DNA of 64,000 nucleotides from Octopus sinensis. Lineage: Eukaryota. The DNA is taken from contig NC_043001.1 in assembly GCF_006345805.1 (NCBI RefSeq), forward strand, positions 72,912,001-72,976,000. The letters run 5' to 3'. Position numbers and translations under genes: made by a program. Within the stretch, counting starts at the first letter, position 1. The number at the start of each line of letters is the position of its first letter. The notes under the pieces were generated by a model that made no database searches, had not been told where the DNA came from, and saw nothing but the letters and a program-made list of their open reading frames with translations. This document shows, piece after piece, positions 38,528-53,338 of the stretch.

Positions 38528-41500
38528 AATAATAATAATGATATTTTTTTTTAATGTTTTCTTCCAAGTTTTCTCTGCTGTTTTCCTGTTCCTGTCTGGA
38601 TATTCTAATAATCAACTTTAATATCACAATAAACTTGGCTACCTGTAAACAGCAGAAGTACCTCAGTGCAATAAAAGGTTGCTATATTAGCAACCAAGGC
38701 AGAATGGAAAGCCTTGATAATGAATTAGAGCATGTAAATGAGCAGATAAGTATGGAGAATGTATCTATTTTTGGGAATGAACGAATGTTAGTATATCATG
38801 AAAGCATTATTTATAGACTAGTGAGGGGCCCCAAATAGAGACGGAAAAGCATATAGGAAGTTGTGATATTCATTCATGCTTCAATGGTACGGGCCGAGTC
38901 ATTCTAATTAAGAATGCAAATCAGGTCAAATTTAGATAAACAGATCTTATATATAATGAAATAGAAATGGTTGTATGGCACAGGCATATTTATGTAGGGA
39001 AGAAGTTTGGTTTGTAACCACATGGTTTTGTGTTCCATCCCACTTCTCACCACTTCAAGCAAGTGTTTTCTAATCTAACTCTGTGTTAACCAGTACTTTG
39101 TAAGCAGGAACTGTGGAAGCCCATCATGTGTGTATGTATGCAATATATATAATTTGTGTGTGTGTGTGTGTACATCTTTGTATTTGTGTCATATTTAATT
39201 ACCAGTGAAGGTTTAGTTATATAACCCATAACTTAGCAGTTCAGCAGATAAGAGGCCATTAAATAAGTACCAGAATTGAAATAAATACTAGGGTCAAATT
39301 TATCAACTGAACTCTTTTAGTGTGGTGCTCCAGCATAGCTGTGGTTCAGTAACTGAAATAAATAAAAGAATATGTTGTGTGTGTCTCTTTGGCATTATTT
39401 ATGTAAATTGTTTACCATTAAAATCTGACTTCTTCAAGGTTTCTTGCACTTATTGCTGTCTTTTACTTCTTTTGGGAATTCGGTCCCCTAGTTAGTGTTT
39501 ATGCATGTGCCTGTGTGTATGTGAGTGTGTGCCTGCCTGCATGTATGTGTAACTTAGATGTTGTTGATCATTGGGAAGTCAAGCAATGACAACATGCCAG
39601 TGTGTGGTGTTGTATTACATTCCACAAACTGAATGATACGATATCAGCATCATATAATTAACTTGTATATTTTGTAAACACTCACTCACTCACATGCTCT
39701 CTTTTCTCGTACGCTTATATGCACACTCACACGTTCACACGCACACACTCATATGCTCACTCATATACACACATAATGTATTAGTAAACTGAATTTAAGT
39801 CCCCATTTGTAAGCCTGTGTTTTCTGGGATTATTCCTACAAGTGGTTATTTGGAATATAGCATCCTGAGTATTTATTTATGGATTTAACATGGCAAAAAA
39901 TTAAGATGACTTTTATAAAAACACACTACCAAAACATGGGTCTTTATGCATTTAAGCAAAATGGAACAGTACTGGTGTGTGTTGTTTCATTTAGCAGTCA
40001 AACTTCATTGTCTAAAAATATCCATGCTGTATTTAAAAAAGAAATAAAAATACATCAGTGTAAGATCAACGGTAATTATACCTGTAAAGAAGAGACTTAG
40101 ATATCTCTGTACATTCTAGCTGTTGTTACAAACAGCCACTTCCATAGAGGCCAGACAGTGAATCAAAACCAATATCACCTGATATTAATCATAGAACACA
40201 AGTCTGCTGCAAATTTCAAAAATTCCTTAGAATGATTCACGTCACCTGATGATGGCTTTTGCAAGAAATTTGGAATAATGACACTGTAGCTGTTTTAATT
40301 TTAAATATCATTAGCATCATCATTATATTCATTAAGCTTACATTTTTTGTTCCATTTTGGCATGTGTTGGAAAGATTTACAAAACAGAAACCTTCCTCCA
40401 CTTGTTAATTCCAAATGCCTATTGTGCCAGCATGTGTTTGCATGTGCATGCTTGCATGTGTGTGTGTGTGTGTGTGTGTGGCTATGTAATTTGAAGATGC
40501 ATTCTGCCTGCTGTTGTTGTTTAGGTAAAAATTCATTCTGATCTGACAGAGCTATGATTGAAGAAATTCCTCATCACCCATGTATAGTGTATCTAGGACT
40601 GCATTATCCGATGTGTCCATAGTTTTTGTAACACAATAAGGTAGATTTTTGAGGGAGTCCTGATTGATATTTCTAGCAGCTTGAATGACCATGTAAAAGT
40701 TTTGTCATCACCTTGTGTTGTGATGATAGAATGATTTCATGTGTTATTAGCTTATGAAACAAGAATCAGTTTCAGAAAATGTCTATGTAAGAGTAAACAT
40801 ATAAATGTAATTGTTACATCATCATCAACATCATTTTAATGTCTATTGTTCCATGCTTGTATCAGTAAGACAGATTTTCTGTGGCTAGATGCCTTTCTGG
40901 TTGCCAATCCTCACTCATTTCCAAACTAAGTAATATTTCCCTCATAACCAGGCATTTTTTTCTTTTTCTGCAGAGTATTTGAAATGAATGATGCTGCTTG
41001 TATGACAGTAACATTCACATGATGCTGAGGCAAGGAGAATCAAACATGCACTCAGTCACACTCACACTTACATACATGTATTTACGCATATATGATGGGA
41101 TTCTTTCAGTTTCTATCAAATCCACCTACAAGGCTAGAGGCTATTGTAGAAGACACTTGGCCAAGGTACCACTCAGTGGAATTGAACTGGAAACCATGTG
41201 ATCGAAAAGCAAACTTCTTAACCACACTGCTGCTCTTGTGCTGTAGCATTGTAAAGTATTGAAAAAATAATTTACAATGCGATAAACAAAAAGTTCAGAC
41301 AGAAGAAACTGGTCAAAAACTGGTCAAGTTTGTTTTCTATAACATGTACAAGTATGTAGTTAATGTAAGGAAAACGAGAAAAAAATGTATTGTAGCTTTG
41401 GGTAAAGCTATTTCTAAACAATAATGGGTTGGCATTTGGTCAAGGTTCTAATGTTAAACATTATTATTTTTTTTTTAATATTTTTCTCTTTATCTCCTCT

Positions 41501-42289
41501 TCGTCCCACACTCTCCTTCACTTATGTATGCAACAATTTATTGGCCTAAAGGTCTTCCATACATGAGGGAAGGTTCTAACTTTCAAAAGAAGAAGGTTCT
41601 TTGAAGTCACTGTGAAGAAATTGAGGAGGTATCACATGTTTATGGCTTACAAACAATTCTGTTGTTTCCTTTTCTTGTTTTTCACTTTTTCTGTGTGTGC
41701 ATGTATGCATGTGTTTGTGTGTATTTGTATGTGTGCACATTAATGTTTTTGTGTATGTGTGTTTGTATTGGTATTTCTAAATGCATGCGTGTATATGTGT
41801 ATGCATGCATGTGTGTGTATGTTTTAGTATCTGTGTTTATATTTGCATATATATTTGTGTGTATAATTGTGTACCCGCATGTGTATTTGTGTTCCACTAA
41901 CCTCAAATACTTACTTGTTGATAAAAATCTTGGAGAGAATATTTACAATTAAAAACCATTGGCTCAATGAGAGAGAGAAGGTGGAGAGAGCCATATGCAG
42001 TCATTTAACCTGCTAGAAATAGTAACCAAATTTCCTTCAAATTTCACTCTGCTCTCTTAAAAAGAAAGGATACGTCTGATAATGCAGTTGTAAATATACT
42101 AAGTTTGAATAAAAGACAGCATAAGTACTGGTTGAAAAGTATAAATGAGAAGATGGATCCCTGTAGTACTCCATTCTGGAAATACAGGTTCTTGAAATGT
42201 TGTTCTTGTACACTTAATGTAGGTTTGGCAGTTTAACAGATGCTTTGCTAAGCTATGTTTTATTTGGTGCTAAGTTAATTTGTATGTGT

Positions 42290-42670
42290 GGTGCAGGTGT
42301 GGCTTTGTGGTAAGAAGCTTGCTTTCTAACCACATGGTTCTGGGTTCAGTTCCACTGCATGCTACCTTGGACAAGTGTCTTTTGCCATAGCCTCTGGCTG
42401 ATGAAAGCCTTGTGAGCGGTTAGACTGAAAATTAAAGAAACCCATCCAGTGTGTGTGTCTTTGTGTCTTTGTTTGTCCCTCACTACTGCTTGATAACCAA
42501 TATTTGTTTATGTCTGTAACTTAGCAGTTCAGCAAAAAGTGACTGATAGAATAAGTACCAAGTTGAAAAGAAAAGATAAGTACTGGGGGTCAATTTATTT
42601 GACTGAAAGTTCTTCAAGGCAGTGCCCCAGCATGGCTGCAGTCTAATGACTGAAACAGATAAAAGATAGC
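42290..42670 (+). mobile_element. SINE family A, near full length
   Basis: ggtgcaggtgtggctttgtggtaag...gggttcagttccactgc...tgactgaaacagataaaaga. Confidence 0.85.
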
Positions 42671-42689
42671 AAAAAAGATAAAAAGTATT

Positions 42690-42870
42690 TTTGTATGTGT
42701 GGGCAGCAGGGAATGGAGTCAAAAGCTTTTTTGATGTTGATAGTTTTTAAAATGGTGTGTATGTGAGAGGTTTTGGTTGTTGTTGAAGCCATCGGGTACT
42801 TTGTTAGGTTTGTGGGTTGCGTGATTGATTGTGGGTTATAGTGGTCTGAATCCATGTTGTGATTCTAAGA
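42690..42870 (-). pseudogene. LINE (I/Jockey-like) reverse transcriptase fragment
   Basis: HTILKTINIKKAFDSIP resembles the RT motif DxxKAFD; preceded by a QHGFRP-like segment (caacatggattcagacca). Confidence 0.65.
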
Positions 42871-42944
42871 AAGATATGTGTGAATTAGTAATGTTAACCT
42901 TTTCATTGCTATATTCTTAACCAAAATACACCTCTTATGTGTTT

Positions 42945-43300
42945 CAATTAAATTCTACTGGTTTTATAAAACAATTCTTTATTATTTATCAACATATTAA
43001 TGATTTTTAGAACACAATTTAACAAGAGGTTCTTAAACAAATCTATTGCATTCATTTTTGTCTCAAAGTGACTCTAATTACAGGTAAATACAACTAAATA
43101 TTAAATGCTTCAGTTAAATTCTAATATAATCATGAATTTAGACTAGTTTCATAAAACTTTTTTATTTATCAACATGTTAATGTGATTCTTAGAACACAAT
43201 TTAACAAGAATTTCTTAAACTGATCAACTGCATAATTTTTTTCTCAAAGCAACTCTAATTATAGGTAAAAACAGGTAAATTCAACTAAATATTAAATTAT
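42945..43300. repeat. Degenerate ~170-190-bp tandem duplication
   Basis: 'tttatcaacat.ttaatg..ttagaacacaatttaacaaga...ctcaaag..actctaatta.aggtaaa..caactaaatattaaat' occurs twice. Confidence 0.75.
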
Positions 43301-43659
43301 TTCAATTTTATTTAAACATCATCATAGGAAACAAAGATTTTCAAGGATTTTTGTGGGTGTGCTCCTGGACTACTAGGCACATTGCATCCTAGAACAAGAC
43401 ACTTTATTTCTTGTTGCTCCAGTCTACTCAGCTGAAACAAGTACCAGCTGACTGCTAGTGTAACCCTCTCTCCCTCCAACTGTCTCATGTTTTATGTTCT
43501 GCTAGTCAAAGAGTAGGTTCACCAAGAGAGTACCTATATCTGCTCACAACTTCATAGGCATTACTTACAACAATTAGTAAAAGGATGGGCTATGTTGCCA
43601 AGTCATTTGGTAATGGTAGCTATTCTGTTTCGCTCTCTCTCTCTCTCTCTCTCTCTCCT

Positions 43660-44350
43660 TTTGCATAGGAGGGCTATGGGTTTGGATCTGTACAGTCTTA
43701 CTGCACCAGTGTTTTTATTCAGTATTAGAATTGTTATGATTTTTTCCCCTGCTTCTAGATTCTGGGAATATGATAGTTCTTGTACCGGTAGTTGTAAATG
43801 TTGGTGAGTGCAAGGGTTCCTTTTGGCCCAAGATATTTTGGAGATATTTTTGCGGATTTCCTCTACCCTAATACTTTTGAAATTTCTTTTTGGAAAGAAC
43901 TTAAAATGATAGTCCAGGTGGAAAGTGTACATTTTTTTGTGTTCCTATATAGCTTACAGTCACAGATTTTCAATAAGGACTTTTGTTTGATATTACATTA
44001 CTTGAGGTTCTCATGACATGGGATGTTGCAAGACTGATATTGCTGTTAATTAATCTATATAGTGTTTCCATGTTTGTTTTGTGGTTTTTGTTGGATACAA
44101 ATGTTTGCCAGATTTCTTGAGTTTTTTTTATAGTATATTTTTGTTATTTCTTGTGGAGTTATTTATTTATTTGAAAGAGTTTTATATCAGTTGTGTGTGA
44201 GTTTTATTTATTTATTTATTTATGTTTTTTTTTTGGTGTATTATTGTGTTTGAGGTTGTGTCTAATTCTTATGAAGTTGGCTATTTCTTGGGTATGATTT
44301 ATTAATGCTATATTTCTTAATATATTTCCTTGTTGTATAATATCGTTAGA
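43660..44350 (-). pseudogene. LINE fragment upstream of the RT core, collinear with 42690-42870
   Basis: KIITILILNK...YRS.PIALLCK resembles the 'IIPILKP.K...YRPIALL' pre-RT motif. Confidence 0.55.
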
Positions 44351-45127
44351 TGTGTTTATAGTTAATTTATTGAATATATGTACTGCAGTGTGTGGAAGGT
44401 GTGTGGCCAAATGGTTTGGGTGTTGCACTAGCAATCATATGACCATGGTTTTGATTCTCAGACTGAGCATTCTGTTCTTGAACGAAACACTTCATTTCAC
44501 ATTGCTCCTGTCCACTCAGCTTTAAATGAGTTCTAGTAAAAGCTGAGAAGTTAGCCCTGTGATGGAGCGACATCCTCTTCTAAGGGAAATGTTGTAATCT
44601 TAGATACGTACATCATGGAAACTGGATTAAGCTTCGGCCTTACGAGTGATGTTGGTAAGGGTAGATGAGGGTGGTGGTGTGGTGGATGAGGGTTATGGTG
44701 GCAGAGTTGGATAATGGTGATGTAGATGAGGATGATGTTGGCAGGGATGAATGATGGTGATAGTGGGAGGAGGTGGATGATGGTTGGAGTGGATGACAGT
44801 GATGTTGGTGGGGTTGATATTATTAAAGTCAGTAGGGTAGATATTAGTAATGTCTTAGGGTTTGTGCATAACACTTCGGTATAAATCATTGTTGTAACCT
44901 GCACTTTTTCATGCTAGCATGGGTCAGACAAAATTGACTGAGGCAGATTTTACTATGGTCAAATGCTTTTCTTGCTGCCAACTCTCACCTGTCTACTAGT
45001 TGAGTAATATTCCTCTAGTCCTTCAAATTCAAACAGCACTATGACTGGACAGGTTTTCACAGATTGCGAAAGAATGACATTGTTTGAATTTGCAATGTCA
45101 CAACAAAGAAATGCAAATGTATATGTA

Positions 45128-46344
45128 CACAGACATGACAGAAGTAAATAATCAGAAGTTATTATCGTTAAAATTTATATAAATCTGAAATCATACATTT
45201 AAATTATTTATTATTATAATGTGAATATCTAATATTTAGTAGACATGCCCTTTGCATTTTTCAATGCGAGAATCCTTTAAGGCATGCTGCTGATCAGATG
45301 ATGAATATTCCCTTGGGGAATTTCTTGCCAAGTTTCATGCAGTAATCTCAAAAGATCTGGCTTTGAGAATGCTTTCTTGTTCTTTTTATGAAGTGTCCTG
45401 TCCATTATGCCCTAGAGGTGTTTATAGGGTTCATATCTGGTGATTGGCTTGGCCATGGAATCTTTTTAATGCCATTTTTTTTTCCAACCAATCTTGAGTC
45501 TTATTAACCATGTGACAGTATATCCCCATCTTCCATAAATAAAGAGTCTTTTCCAATTATTTCACCACTGGAGAAGATTGGAAGGAGTCCTTTCTGCAAT
45601 ATGGGCACATATTTATCTGAGTTTATGTTTCCTTCACACTCCACCAGCTCTGATTGATCATTGCTCCAAATTGCTCCCCAGACCATTACATCAATCTTTT
45701 CATGTCAAATGTTTGATCACAGAGTCTCCAGACCCGCACTTGACCACTGTCAGAAAATACAGTAAACCTGGATTCATCAGAGAATATTATAGTGTCCCAA
45801 AATTCTAGCGGCCACTCCATCATCGCACTGGTCCAATCTTTTCTCCGCTTGATATTAGCTAGTTGAAGGAGGGGCTTCCTTCCTGTTGCTCTGTCATAGT
45901 AACCATGTTTGCGGAGATACCTGACAGCTGTTCTGAGACTGACATCAACTTTTCTTGCTATGTCAGAGGCCTTGCAATGAGGATTACCCTCCACACTTCA
46001 CTTAACAAAGAGAGGGGTCTTGTCAGAGGGCCCTGGTCTACATGGACAAGGTGATGTGTACTCCTCTCTGGTGGATTGCACAATCACCCTATTAACTGTA
46101 GAAAGTGGGATCCCCAGTTTTTTTGCGATTTTACCTTAAGTCTACCTTCAGATTGATCCACAATATGGCCTCTTTGAAATTTGGACAGTTCCAAGGCTTC
46201 TTTTGTATGTGGCATGATTAAACAGCCACATATAGAACCTGAAACTTTAAAATGTCTGTTAATAAAAAATATAAACTTTTACAAGTTAAAATGAACATAA
46301 AACAATGTTTGATGGGGTGTCTATTTAACTCTGTCATGTTTGTG
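45128..46344 (-). mobile_element. Full-length decayed Tc1-family DNA transposon
   Basis: TIRs CACAGACATGACAGAAGTAAATA / TATTTAACTCTGTCATGTTTGTG; TA at 45126-27 and 46345-46; transposase pseudogene inside. Confidence 0.9.
45229..46215 (-). pseudogene. Tc1 transposase pseudogene (multiple frameshifts and stops)
   Basis: MPHTKE..ELSKFQRG..KIAKKLGIPLSTV (HTH), RKPLL, W..IIFSDESRF, MVWGAI, FMEDG, WPSQSPDMNPI, KGMSTKY*. Confidence 0.92.
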
Positions 46345-49051
46345 TATATGTATACATACATAAATACACACACACACACTCAAAAATTTCTTTCAGTTTC
46401 TGCTGACATAATCCACTTACAAAGCTTTGCCCAAGGTGCCCCACAATGAAACTGACCCCAAAACCATGTAATTGCAAAGAAAACTTGATAAGCTCTTAAT
46501 TGCCAATCTTCTATCTTCAGTAATTTCTCACGTTCAGTTGAAAGCAATCCTATTTTCAGGTTTTTTGTAGTTACTTAACTTTGCCTATACTTGCTTAACT
46601 TTGTTTATAGTTTCTGAAACTTGCTGTTCAAAGTGATTGGGAATATTATGAATTTTTTTTACTTTCTTTCAACATTTCTGAAGAAGATATAAATTTTCCT
46701 TTGAGAAGCAGCCATCTGCAACTGGCAGCCACAATGAAAGTAGGCCAGTTCTCACTAACTTACTTGCCCTGCCAACTTCATACACTCTTCTGAAAAGTAA
46801 AACTTGCTACATAATTACAGCAGTGAACTATTCAGTCATGTTCACATAAGAAAAAGAAAATAGTGCTCCAGCTGGGTCATGACACAAGCAAAGTCGTACA
46901 CACGTATGTCATCATCATCACCATTACTGTGTTAACATCTTTTCCATGTTTGCATGGGTCAGACAAGAGTAGGTACGAGCAGAGTCCTTTTTGGTCAGAT
47001 GTCCTTCCTGTTGCCAACATCTATTTATTTCCAGATGAGATAATAATATCCTAGTCTGTGAGACAACTAACAACCCAGACATGTTTTTTATGTGTGAAAT
47101 TGGACACAAACTGCACTGTTTAAGGCACCATCTGTTTAATGAGATTATGTAATCTGTCAGGACATGTCGAGAAGCTTGGATATTCTTTCAATGTAGACTG
47201 CAAGTCAGTGACACTGAGAGGAAAACCATTGTTTATAACCAGCAAACACAAGGGAAACACAAAAACACTATAGCACACAGGCACCCATGCACACACACAC
47301 ACACACACACTTCAGTTTTCATCACCCAAATACATTTGCAATGCTTTGGTTGGTCCAGGGTTGTACTAGAAGACACTTGCTCAAGGTGCCATGCAGTGGG
47401 ACCAAACGAAAGACCATGTGGTTGAGAAGTGAACTTCTTAACCACACAACCATGTGCCTATCACTTAATCGAATTCTCATTCCACTTCACCTCTTGCAAA
47501 AACATTCATGCATAGCTTTTCCCAATGGGGTAGAAAAATATTGATTGTTGTTAATTGATAAAGGATTGGTGCATGTCACCTTCACAGGTGCCACTCTCTT
47601 GACTAATCTCACTGACAGCTAGCAACCTCCTCTAATATGTTGCAGTCTAGTAATAAACCATTTTTGATACCGACCATCTAAAATCAACCCTAGACCTATG
47701 TTACAGATTCGCCATTTTAAAGTGATCTAAATTAAAACCTAATCAAAATTTCACCATTAGCATATTCCAAGCACTAGCTAAATAACAACAAAGTTATTCT
47801 ACTAAATTCTTCATTATTTTCTAGCTTAATCAAAAGAGAAGCAGTATATTTCAACAGAAACATGGTTACAAAAGGCAGTCATTTTCTGTTCACTGTCTGG
47901 TGTTTTTTTTTTTTTGTTCCTCCCACACTCTTCTTACCTCCTAATTCTTTTGCTTTACTCTACATGGCACTCATTGTATTTTACAGTTAGGATAACTGGA
48001 ACAACCATACCTTAGCTAAGGGCTCCTGGCTAGTCATGGATGGCAAGGATGACCTGTTTTTAAAGGTCATTGTTCATTTGTTCATTTTACATTTGTTTTT
48101 TTTATACCAGTATGAGTTAAATGACTGGATTACTGAACCATTGTTTCCACAGTCAGATACCTTTCCTGTTGCTAACCCTTATTTGATTTTCAATTTTTTT
48201 GTTTTTCGTATTACAAATGTCTTCAAAGGCATGGAGCAAACAGGCAATTTGTTGACAAGAAAAGTGACACACCCACTTGTAGCAACTTCCATACAAACAT
48301 GCAAATTTTCAAATATATACTCACACACAGTAGGCTTCTTTCAGTTTCTACAAACCAAATTCTCACAAAAATTTTGAGTCACTCTGAGGTTATAGCATAT
48401 AACACTTGCCTAGTGTATGTGTGTATTTGTTTAATGCATATATATCTATTGAACCTGTGTATTTGTTCAGCATGTGGATTTATGTATACATCTGTTCAAG
48501 ATAAGTACATGTACGCACACACACATAGGCATCTATGTCTGTTCAACACGTGTGTGTATATACATGCTTGCACACACATATGCACTCATGTGTCCCTGGA
48601 TATAACATTAAACTTCATCCAGTAGTAAGGCTCCAGTTTGGGAGAATTGAAATTGTGGGGAGCATAGAGCCACTCCTTAATCACCATTAGTCTTAAGTTT
48701 ATTCTAACCTAGACTGGTAGGATCTGTCAGAGTCCCATCTCTGGGTTAGATGTTTCAGGGGTCAAGGAGACTCTTGTTATTTTTGACAAAGCTCATGGGG
48801 ACAGTAGATCTTCAAGAAGAAAAATACTCTGACAAAACTTGCGGTCAAAATAGTACCAGTTGTCTTGCTCTGCTTTTCACTAGAACCTTCTATAATGACC
48901 GAGAGAGTGGCAAAAATATTGTACGTGCTTTTGTCATTTAAATCCAATGATATACAGATGTCTCGCTGTCAGTCATTGTGCGACAGCTACCATCTCACAG
49001 ATGAGGTAATCATCATCATCTTATATATATATATATCTGTCGATGTGTGTA

Positions 49052-49344
49052 TAATAAGAATAATGAAATTATTGTATACAGTGCTCAGGTGCACCACAAC
49101 TTGTGAAAAGTGCGTATAAAGCATGTGCCTTAATGTACAAATGTCTGGGAAGTGAACAGTGTATGAGTCAGATACATGTTTGCGTGTGTATGGAGGGGAG
49201 AAAATCAGGTGTAGTGTTGGTGAATGTCAGGAAGCATGGAAGTTTTGAAGGATGCAGTGCTCCCGACAACTAACAACTGATGCCGGCAGTTTGTTCCATG
49301 CTTCAGCAACTCTTAGCGTGAAAAAATGTTTCCGAAAGTCATGG
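49052..49344 (-). mobile_element. CR1/L2-group LINE 3' end (5'-truncated)
   Basis: Minus strand HDFRKHFFTLRVAEAWNKLPASVVSC..ASFK, then a 3'UTR and an (ATT)-type tail. Confidence 0.8.
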
Positions 49345-49364
49345 TATATATTTATATATATAAA

Positions 49365-49635
49365 GTATATATTTATTGAAACATGTGTATATATATCTGT
49401 TGACATGTGTGTATATATCTGTTAACGCGTGTGTGTATATATATATATATATCTGTTAATGTGTGTATATATATCTGTTGACATGCATGTGTATATTTAT
49501 CTATTGAGACACGTATATTTATCTGTTAACACGTGTGTGTATATATCTTATGACATGCATGTGTATATATCTGTTGACACATGTATGTTTGTGCATATAT
49601 ATATATATATCTTTTGACATGTGCGTGTGTATATA
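49365..49635. repeat. Degenerate ~22-32-bp minisatellite (TATATATCTGTTGACATGTGTG)
   Basis: About 9 variant units; one more unit at 49030-49050 on the other side of the LINE insert. Confidence 0.8.
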
Positions 49636-51393
49636 TTCTTTCAATGCATGTAAAATCAAAACAAAAGAAAGAGATACCTTTCTGTGGTCAATTGATCTGC
49701 AATAAAGAGCAGCTAAATTTCCCTCAACTCACGCTCTACCATGTGAATAAAGAAAAGAGACATTGAATAATGTAGTCCAAGGGGTAGCTATGCTATGTCT
49801 GGATAATCATTGTCAGAAAATCTATTATCATTAGTCTGCTGGATCAGAGCTAACCTAAGATTCAACAATAACAGTTCATAGAAGATGAAACATTAAACTA
49901 GAATGATTAGATTTATATGCTGTTGTTGTTTAGCCTCAGGATAGCCCTGACCAGGCAGACTGTGATCAAATCTTTTCCAGCCATGACATGTTGTCATTTA
50001 GCTATAGCACATCAAGAACCATATTTTCCAATTCTCCAATGATTTGAAGGAGATTTGGTTTGCTATTTCGAGCACATGCAAGCAACCATCATGGCTCCCC
50101 CATTGGTTTCTCTGTTTTTTTTAAAAAAATATATTTCTTATTATAGTGAGATATATATTAATCCTATGTTTAGTTCTTAAATCAGCCATTTGGTGAAATG
50201 ACACACAAGCTTTGACCATGCTATCTTTGTAGGGGCATCAGGGACTATATAATGCTTCTTTCTTTTTCTTAATCAGTACTTGGGGAATTTGAGGAAATTA
50301 GATAGTCATTTCCAGCAACTTAAGACACCACATTGAGGCTATCATTAATATCATGAATTAAAAAAAAACAAATCTATTTGTTTCTTGTATTTTTTTTCTC
50401 CTTTATAATAGTCTATTTCTCCCAAATTTCCCAAGGTAGTTGTATACAGCCTCAAATGTTCAAATGACATTAATTAATAAACACTAGGATGATTTTACAT
50501 TTAACAAATCTACCTCACTAATTACTTAATAAAGAGACATTCCTACTATTAATTAGAAGTAAACCAGTTTGTATTGCATAATTAACCAGAGTTTATTTCA
50601 TGCATAGCTAGGATTTTTTCATGTGACAGTTAGAAACCTATGTGCGCTCATATGTGACTTTATTTACATTATATAAGTTTGTGTGTGTTATAGGTATGGC
50701 TGTATAGTTAAGTAGTTTGTTTGCCAACTATGTAGTTTTGGGCTCAGTCCCACTAAGTAGCACATTGTGTAAGTGTTTTCTACTATAGCCCCAGGTTAGC
50801 CAAAGCTTTGCGGGTGCATTTATTAGATGGAAACTGAAAGAAGCTTGTATTATATAGATTTGTGTGTGTGAGTGTCACTGTCATAAAAGTAGTGTTATTC
50901 ATTTCCAGTTTTCTGTGAAACCATGTCCTGCCAGGGGGAAATTTTACCCTACTTGGAAACAGGCAGGGTTTGACAACAGGAAAAGAATCTAGCAATAGAA
51001 TGTGTGCCTCAATAAATTTTGTCCAGCCTATGCAAGCTTGGAAAAGTGGATGTTAAAATAGTGATGATATCCATGTGTGTGTGTGTGTGTGTGTGTTTAT
51101 GTACATGCATATATATATATATATATATATGTATATTGATGTGTGTGTGTGTGTATATATATGTGTGCATATGTATATGAATATATGTTCTTTTATTCTT
51201 TTACTTGTTTCAGTCATTTGACTGCAGCACTTAAAGGTTTTTAGTCGAACAAATTGACCCCAGGACTTATTTTTTTTAGACCTAATACTTATTCTATTGG
51301 TCTATTTTGCCAAACCGCTAAGTCATGGAGACACAACACATCAACACCATTTGTCAAGCAGTGATGAGGGCTCAAACACAGCAATGAAGACAG

Positions 51394-51429
<36 letters not shown>

Positions 51430-51819
51430 GTATATGATGAACTTCTTTAATCTACCAAATCCACTCACAAGGCTTTGATCGGAACTGTTCTCTTCCTCTC
51501 TCTCTCATTCTTCACTCTCTCTCTCCCCCTCACCATTCTTCATGGTCTCCTCGCAGCCATCCCCCTTCTTCTCTCCCTTCCTCTTGCTCCTCCTCCCCCC
51601 TTCCCGTCGTCCACCCGCGACGATACGTCCGCCCTGACTGTCTTTTTGGCCTGGCCTTCAAGGTAACTGGATGACATTCTTCCTGCTCTCCTGTCGTTCA
51701 CAAAAAATTCTGCATTTGCAATACTTTTTTCGTTCGGCGTCAACAGCCCTTCTTATCTTGTTTTTCCCTGTCCTGTCTTTTACTGTTATATCTTTTTACT
51801 GTTTATATTTTTTTACTGT

Positions 51820-52560
51820 TTATGTATATATATATGTATATATATATGTATATATATATATGTATAGTATATATGTATATGTATATATGTATAATATATG
51901 TATATATGTATATATATATATGTATATATATGTATATGTATATATGTATATATATATATATGTATATATATATGTATGTATATATATATATTATATATGT
52001 ATATGTATATATGTATATATATTATGTATATATATATGTATATATATATATGTATATATATATGTATATGTATATATGTATAATATATATATATGTATAT
52101 ATATATATGTTATATATATGTATATGTATATATGTATATATATATATATGATATATATATATGTATGTATTATATATATGTATATATGTATATGTATATA
52201 TGTATATATATATATTATATATATATGTATATATATATATGTATAGTATATATGTATATGTATATATGTATATATATGTATATATGTTATATATATATGT
52301 ATATATATGTATATGTATATATGTTATATATATATATGTATATATATATATGTATGTATATATATAATGTATATATATATATGTATATATATATATGTAT
52401 ATATATATTGTATATATATATGTATATATATATATGTATATATATAATGTATATGTATATATGTATATATATATATGTATATGTATATATGTATATGTAT
52501 ATATTATATGTATATATGTATATGTATATATGTATATGTATGTATGTATATATATATATG

Positions 52561-52593
<33 letters not shown>

Positions 52594-53178
52594 GTATATA
52601 TATATAATATGTATATATATGTATATGTATGTATGTATGTATGTATGTGTATGTATATATAATATGTATATATATATATGTATATATGTATGTATATGTA
52701 TGTATGTATGTATGTAGTGTATGTATGTATGTATATATATATGTATATATATATATGTGTATATATATATAATATATATATATATATGTATATATATGTA
52801 TGTATATATATATGTATGTATATGTATATATGTGTATATGTATATATATATATGTATATATATGTATGTATATATATATATATGTATATGTAAAAAAATA
52901 CAAACTGGGACAAGAACGCAAAACATTTAGAAGATGATACAAAAAACACGGACGGGACATTCGAAGCCCTCAATCTTCAGTCAAGAACCGGATCATCCTC
53001 GCAATTTCGGCTGATTAATCTTGAGATCGCTCCGATCCGGCCAGCCCCAAGGAATATATATGTATATGTATATATGTATATGTATATATGTGTATATGTA
53101 TATATGTATATGTATATATATGTATATGTATATATGTATATGTATATATGTATGTATATATATATATAGGTATGTATG

Positions 53179-53212
<34 letters not shown>

Positions 53213-53338
53213 TATGTATGTATGTATGTGTGTGTGTGTGTATGTATGTATGTGTATGTATGTATGCATATTTGTATGTATGTATGTATAAATGTATGTA
53301 TGTATGTATGTATATATATATATATATGTATGTATATA
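51820..53338. repeat. ~1.5-kb compound (TA)n/(TATG)n microsatellite with a unique insert at 52891-53054
   Basis: Direct reading. Confidence 0.98.

Noticed and set aside
38690-38940. Possible LINE endonuclease remnant (IYRLVR...EVVIFIH)
   Set aside because: Motif resemblance too weak to call by eye.
40241-40282. CTGATGA...GAAA...ATA hammerhead-like spacing
   Set aside because: The core-proximal stem I pair is a mismatch, stem II has only 2-3 bp and there is no element context; compatible with chance.
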